This document shows positions 8,193 to 11,804 of a stretch of DNA of 11,804 nt, piece after piece. How positions within the stretch are numbered: the stretch's first letter is position 1; every line of letters starts with the position of its first letter. The translations under genes were made by a program, and so were the position numbers. The stretch is from the NCBI GenBank assembly GCA_046583315.1, contig JAYGCN010000185.1, positions 1 through 11,804 of the forward strand. The letters run 5' to 3'. Source of the DNA: Candidatus Hydrogenedentota bacterium (GTDB lineage Bacteria; Hydrogenedentota; Hydrogenedentia; Hydrogenedentales; GCA-2746185). The notes beneath the pieces are model-generated. The model had not been told where the DNA came from. It did no database searches and was given only the letters and a program-made list of their open reading frames with translations.

Positions 8193-8210
8193 AAGCAGAG
8201 ACCATGCCAA
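8193..8210 (-). promoter_or_regulatory. sigma54 (RpoN) -24/-12 promoter for the RND operon
   Basis: The minus strand reads TTGGCATGGTCTCTGCTT, i.e. GG-N10-GC matching TGGCA...TGC, about 31 nt upstream of ATG 8161. Confidence 0.7.
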
Positions 8211-8237
8211 GATCTCGATATGCTGTAAACTTCTTAT

Positions 8238-8250
8238 AATAAATAGCTTA
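8238..8250 (+). promoter_or_regulatory. Candidate IHF site
   Basis: AATAAATAGCTTA has one mismatch to WATCAANNNNTTR. It lies in an AT-rich tract just upstream of the sigma54 site. Confidence 0.45.
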
Positions 8251-8303
8251 CAACATGAGGAGCGGCAATACGAAACAAACCCGGCTCCCTAAAAACCAAA
8301 TAA

Positions 8304-8339
8304 TGGTCAATACCACCAGTTGATGATGCCATTTTCATC
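8304..8339. promoter_or_regulatory. Candidate tandem enhancer (UAS) sites for a sigma54 activator
   Basis: Two 15-bp elements with inverted ends, TGGT-caatacc-ACCA (8304-8318) and GATG-ccatttt-CATC (8325-8339), offset by 21 bp and about 95-130 bp from the -24 element. Confidence 0.4.
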
Positions 8340-8401
8340 GGCCTGCACTCACAATTCGCCATCAAATGAGACTAAAATTCACACGATTTGGTTTACACAG
8401 C

Positions 8402-9643
8402 CTAATTCGCACCCGTCGGAAGCTGACTAAACGGCTTCTCCTTGTCCACGCGAATATCCGGCGGCAGCCCCAACACCCGTTCCGCGATGATATTCCGTAA
8501 AATCTCATCCGTACCGCCAGCAATCCGAAAGCCCGGCGCATAGATGAACCCATTCTGAAACGCAGCATCATAAGGCATCACCGAAGGATCGGTCATAATC
8601 CCGCCCATGTCCGCCAGATCCATACCAAACGATCCGATGTCCTGCAACTTGCTCGCACCCACCAGTTTCGCGATCGAAGCTTCCGGCCCCGGAGTTTGTC
8701 CACGTGACAACGCCGTCATCGTCCGCAACTTCGTAAATTTAAGGCCGCGCGATTCAACAAACCAATCCGCCAACTTCTCCCGAACCGCCGCATTCTCCAA
8801 AGCCGGTGCACCATCAATCGTCATCGACTGAGCCAGCGCCAGCAAATCCGAAGCATCCGGCGGCGGCGCATCCCCCACAGCCAAACGCTCATTCATCAAC
8901 GTCGTCAATGCCACGCCCCATCCATCACCCACGCCACCCAGACGTTGCGCATCCGGTATCCGCACATCCTCAAAAAACACCTCGCAGAATGACGACCCCC
9001 CCGACATTTGTTTGATCCGTTCAATGCGAATCCCCGGCGACTTCATATCAATGAAAAAATAAGTTAATCCGCGATGTTTCGGTAACGTCGGGTCATGCCG
9101 CGCCACAAAAATTCCGTAATCACAAAAATGCGCACCAGAAGTCCACACCTTCGTTCCATTAACCACCCAATCGCCACCCTCTTCGTCCTGAATCGCCCGC
9201 GTCTTCAGACCCGCCAAATCCGAACCAGCACTCGGCTCCGAAAATAACTGACACCAAGCCTCCTCACCACTCATCATCTTTGGCAGATACTTCTCGTTCT
9301 GCTCCTGCGTGGCATACATCATCATCGTTGGACCCGCCATGCCGATCCCGATCTCAAAAAATCCGCGCGGCACCGCATACTTCGATTCCTCCTCACGAAA
9401 AATCGCCGCCTGCATCGGAGTACCGCCCATGCCACCATACTCCTTCGGCCACAAAATACACGCATAGCCTGCATCACCCTTCTTGGCCTGCCACCCCTTC
9501 GCGCGCTTCAAATCCTCGCGATAATCTTCATTGATCGTGTGTCGTCGACGATCCGCCTGACCAAATACCGACGCATGTTCGCCCAACCAGGCAACCACTT
9601 CCGCCCGAAACGTTGCTTCTTCAGCTGTATCATTAAAATCCAT
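8402..9643 (-). CDS. Acyl-CoA dehydrogenase, catalytic-type subunit of a PimC/ChsE-like pair
   Basis: WPKEYGG, WCQLFSEPSAGSDLA, NGTKVWTS, GWGVALTTLMNER, IAGGTDEILRNIIAERVLGLP; GGAG RBS. Confidence 0.95.
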   Translation of the reverse strand: MDFNDTAEEATFRAEVVAWLGEHASVFGQADRRRHTINEDYREDLKRAKGWQAKKGDAGYACILWPKEYGGMGGTPMQAAIFREEESKYAVPRGFFEIGIGMAGPTMMMYATQEQNEKYLPKMMSGEEAWCQLFSEPSAGSDLAGLKTRAIQDEEGGDWVVNGTKVWTSGAHFCDYGIFVARHDPTLPKHRGLTYFFIDMKSPGIRIERIKQMSGGSSFCEVFFEDVRIPDAQRLGGVGDGWGVALTTLMNERLAVGDAPPPDASDLLALAQSMTIDGAPALENAAVREKLADWFVESRGLKFTKLRTMTALSRGQTPGPEASIAKLVGASKLQDIGSFGMDLADMGGIMTDPSVMPYDAAFQNGFIYAPGFRIAGGTDEILRNIIAERVLGLPPDIRVDKEKPFSQLPTGAN

Positions 9644-9654
9644 GTCAATCTCTC

Positions 9655-10764
9655 CTAATTCACGCCAGCCGCGACGGCCTGTTCAGATTCTATAGCACTC
9701 ACAAGACGTTCTTTCCACCGCATCGGACTGCCCAGCGTCAACGCCAACAACTTCGATCGTCGATAATAAAACTGGGCATCATACTCCCAAGTGAAACCAA
9801 TCCCACCGTGAATCTGAATGTTCTCTTTCGATGCAAAATGATAAGCGTTCGTCGCCGCCACCCGCGCACCCGCAGCCGCCGCAGGCAATTCAGCCGCATC
9901 CTCCGCCAAAGCCCACGCGCCGTAATACGCATTCGATCGCGCAAGCTCAATCTTCACATACATATCCGCCATCTTATGTTTCAGTGCCTGATACGTTCCG
10001 ATAGCCCGGCCAAAGGCGTAGCGCTCTTTCGCGTACGACACGGCCATCTCCAAAGCAACCGTCGCGCCACCGACCTGCTCAAAAGCCATCAAGATCGCCG
10101 CTCGATTCAGCACGGTATCCAACAGTTCACAATCGCCGTCACCCAACAACTCGCCCGCCGCGCCATCAAACGAAATCGTCGCATGCGAGCGCGTCGGATC
10201 AAGCGTCGATACCACCTCCCGCATCACGCCCGAACCGTTCAAGTCAACCAGCACCAATCCTGCCGTCGTCACAACGACCGCAACGTCCGCGACATCACCA
10301 TCCGGCACCGGCACCTTCGTCCCGGAAACCTTTCCACCATCAAAAACCGTCTCGCAATTTTCCGGCGTGCACGCGCCCAGCCCTTCCGCCATCGCAAGCG
10401 TGCCAATACATTCACCCGACACCAGTTTCGGCAAATAGATCTGCTTCTGCGCGTCCGTGCCGCCCTGCAGGATAGCCTCCGTCGCCAGATACACCGACGA
10501 AGAAAACGGTACCGGCGATACTGCACGACCAATCTCCTCCGCGATCAAGCACAGCTCAAGGTAGCCATACCCGACACCGCCATACTCCTCAGGAATCACT
10601 GCCCCTTGCAATCCCATCTCAGCCATACCCGACCAAAGCGCTTTCGCATAAGGCTCGTCGCCCTCCAATATCTCCCGGGCAACCGCCGTCGAGCTCTGTT
10701 CACTCAAGAATCGACGCACCTGCGTCTGCAATTCCCGCTGTTCATCCGAAAATTCAAAATTCAT
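9655..10764 (-). CDS. Acyl-CoA dehydrogenase, short partner subunit (PimD/ChsE-like)
   Basis: IPEEYGG, YAKERYAFGRAIGTYQALKHKMADM, QIHGGIGFTWE; degenerate EP/GSD region; 369 aa; GAGG RBS; 11 nt from the next ACAD gene. Confidence 0.95.
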   Translation of the reverse strand: MNFEFSDEQRELQTQVRRFLSEQSSTAVAREILEGDEPYAKALWSGMAEMGLQGAVIPEEYGGVGYGYLELCLIAEEIGRAVSPVPFSSSVYLATEAILQGGTDAQKQIYLPKLVSGECIGTLAMAEGLGACTPENCETVFDGGKVSGTKVPVPDGDVADVAVVVTTAGLVLVDLNGSGVMREVVSTLDPTRSHATISFDGAAGELLGDGDCELLDTVLNRAAILMAFEQVGGATVALEMAVSYAKERYAFGRAIGTYQALKHKMADMYVKIELARSNAYYGAWALAEDAAELPAAAAGARVAATNAYHFASKENIQIHGGIGFTWEYDAQFYYRRSKLLALTLGSPMRWKERLVSAIESEQAVAAGVN

Positions 10765-10857
10765 CCCGTCACCTCATCGTTGTACTGGGTTCACCTGAAA
10801 ATCATTAAGACCTTAATCATACCGCGACCCAGTCCACAAGTAAACCCTTCGCCCCCA

Positions 10858-10886
10858 TTGCACCAACCTCCCCCATTTGATAGCAT
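10858..10886 (+). promoter_or_regulatory. sigma70-type promoter for the last gene
   Basis: TTGCAC (10858-10863), 17-bp spacer ending in TGn, TAGCAT (10881-10886). Confidence 0.5.
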
Positions 10887-10925
10887 GGAAAACGCTATAG
10901 TTGCCCACCCATAAAGGACATTTTC

Positions 10926-11804
10926 ATGCGTCAAACCATCGTTTTCCTAATCATTCTCACACTAATCGCCCCCTTCGTACACAGCCAGGAATCCATTTCC
11001 CCACGCCAAGAAAGTGCCACCGGTATCCGCCACTCCCTGCTCGTCACCGGCTCCAACAAATTCACCTACCTCTTCAACGAAGACAGCGAAGTCATATGGA
11101 AAGTACGCGGGGCCAGTCGCGACGGATACATGCTCGACAACGGCAACATCCTCATCACCTCCGCAAAACACGCCCGCGAATACAAAAAAGGCACCACCGA
11201 TATCGTCTGGGAATACAACCTCTCCGACGAGAACCAGGAAATGAGCACCGCCATTCGACTCAAAAACGGCAACACCATGCTCACCGAACTCGGCCCCAAT
11301 CCCCGAATCCTCGAAGTCTCCAAAAAAGGCAAAATCAAGGTCGAAGTCCCCTTACAACCCGAAACCGATAATTTCCACATGCAAACCCGCATGGCGCGTA
11401 AACTCGAAAACGGCAACTACCTCGTCCCCCACCTTTTCGCGTTCCAGGTAAAAGAATACACCCCCAAAGGAGAGGTCGTCCGCTCGATCCCCACCGACCT
11501 CGAACAATTCGGCGGACGTGAAATACACAACTGGCCCTTCACAGCCATCGTTCTTCCCAACGGCAACATCCACGCCAACCTCACCCATGGAAACAAAATT
11601 GCGGAATTCGATCCCACGGGGAAAATGGTCTGGTTTGCCGACAACACCCAGATTGACGGCGACCGCTTCCAGGATCCCTGTGGCGCGCAGCGCATGCCCA
11701 ACGGCAACATCGTCATCGGCGCCTACGCCCAAAAAGATCCCGCCAAACCCCGCGTATTCGAAATCACCCGCGACAAAGAAGTCGTGTGGGAATTCTTCCA
11801 CCCA
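10926..11804 (+). CDS. Secreted beta-propeller protein with L-x-NGN blades (arylsulfotransferase/PQQ-propeller-like fold), partial
   Basis: AAAGGA RBS, ATG 10926, 293 open codons to the window end. Signal peptide MRQTIVFLIILTLIAPFVHS. Repeats MLDNGNIL, RLKNGNTM, KLENGNYL, VLPNGNIH and RMPNGNIV alternate with IVWEY, GKMVW and EVVWEF. Confidence 0.85.
   Translation, partial: MRQTIVFLIILTLIAPFVHSQESISPRQESATGIRHSLLVTGSNKFTYLFNEDSEVIWKVRGASRDGYMLDNGNILITSAKHAREYKKGTTDIVWEYNLSDENQEMSTAIRLKNGNTMLTELGPNPRILEVSKKGKIKVEVPLQPETDNFHMQTRMARKLENGNYLVPHLFAFQVKEYTPKGEVVRSIPTDLEQFGGREIHNWPFTAIVLPNGNIHANLTHGNKIAEFDPTGKMVWFADNTQIDGDRFQDPCGAQRMPNGNIVIGAYAQKDPAKPRVFEITRDKEVVWEFFHP

Noticed and set aside
2686..11801. 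Other overlapping ORFs (e.g. 2686-3213, 3279-3812, 5531-6244, 9808-10914, 10901-11371, 11352-11801)
   Set aside because: Antisense or off-frame to well-supported genes, with no recognisable motifs.
1..11804. CRISPR array, tRNA/rRNA, IS element or att site
   Set aside because: No regularly spaced repeats, RNA gene signatures, transposase or integrase seen by eye.

Overview
Bacterial chromosomal window of accessory genes. The + strand is strongly C/A-rich and G-poor whatever the gene direction, so many of the supplied ORFs are shadows. In order: (1) a phage terminase pair on the minus strand, TerL ATPase (1-557, partial, absent from the ORF track) and a frameshifted P27-like TerS (538-1037), with no prophage genes upstream; (2) a long coiled-coil protein with a C-terminal MshEN (c-di-GMP receptor-like) domain, broken by two frame changes; (3) an operon of a secreted propeller-like protein, a SAM methyltransferase and YtxJ/BrxC; (4) a lone small gene resembling phage virion appendage proteins; (5) a decayed sigma54-type RND efflux operon, whose adaptor carries two in-frame stops and whose AcrB-like gene is cut in TM3 and joined in frame to the C-terminus of a 2-hydroxyacid dehydrogenase; (6) a heterotetramer-type acyl-CoA dehydrogenase pair; (7) a secreted beta-propeller gene running off the end (also absent from the ORF track). 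The best candidate for a new system is the set of phage packaging/virion genes that match host composition and sit among cellular genes. It could be a domesticated GTA-like system or only a prophage remnant. Assembly errors or chimeras cannot be excluded for several lesions.
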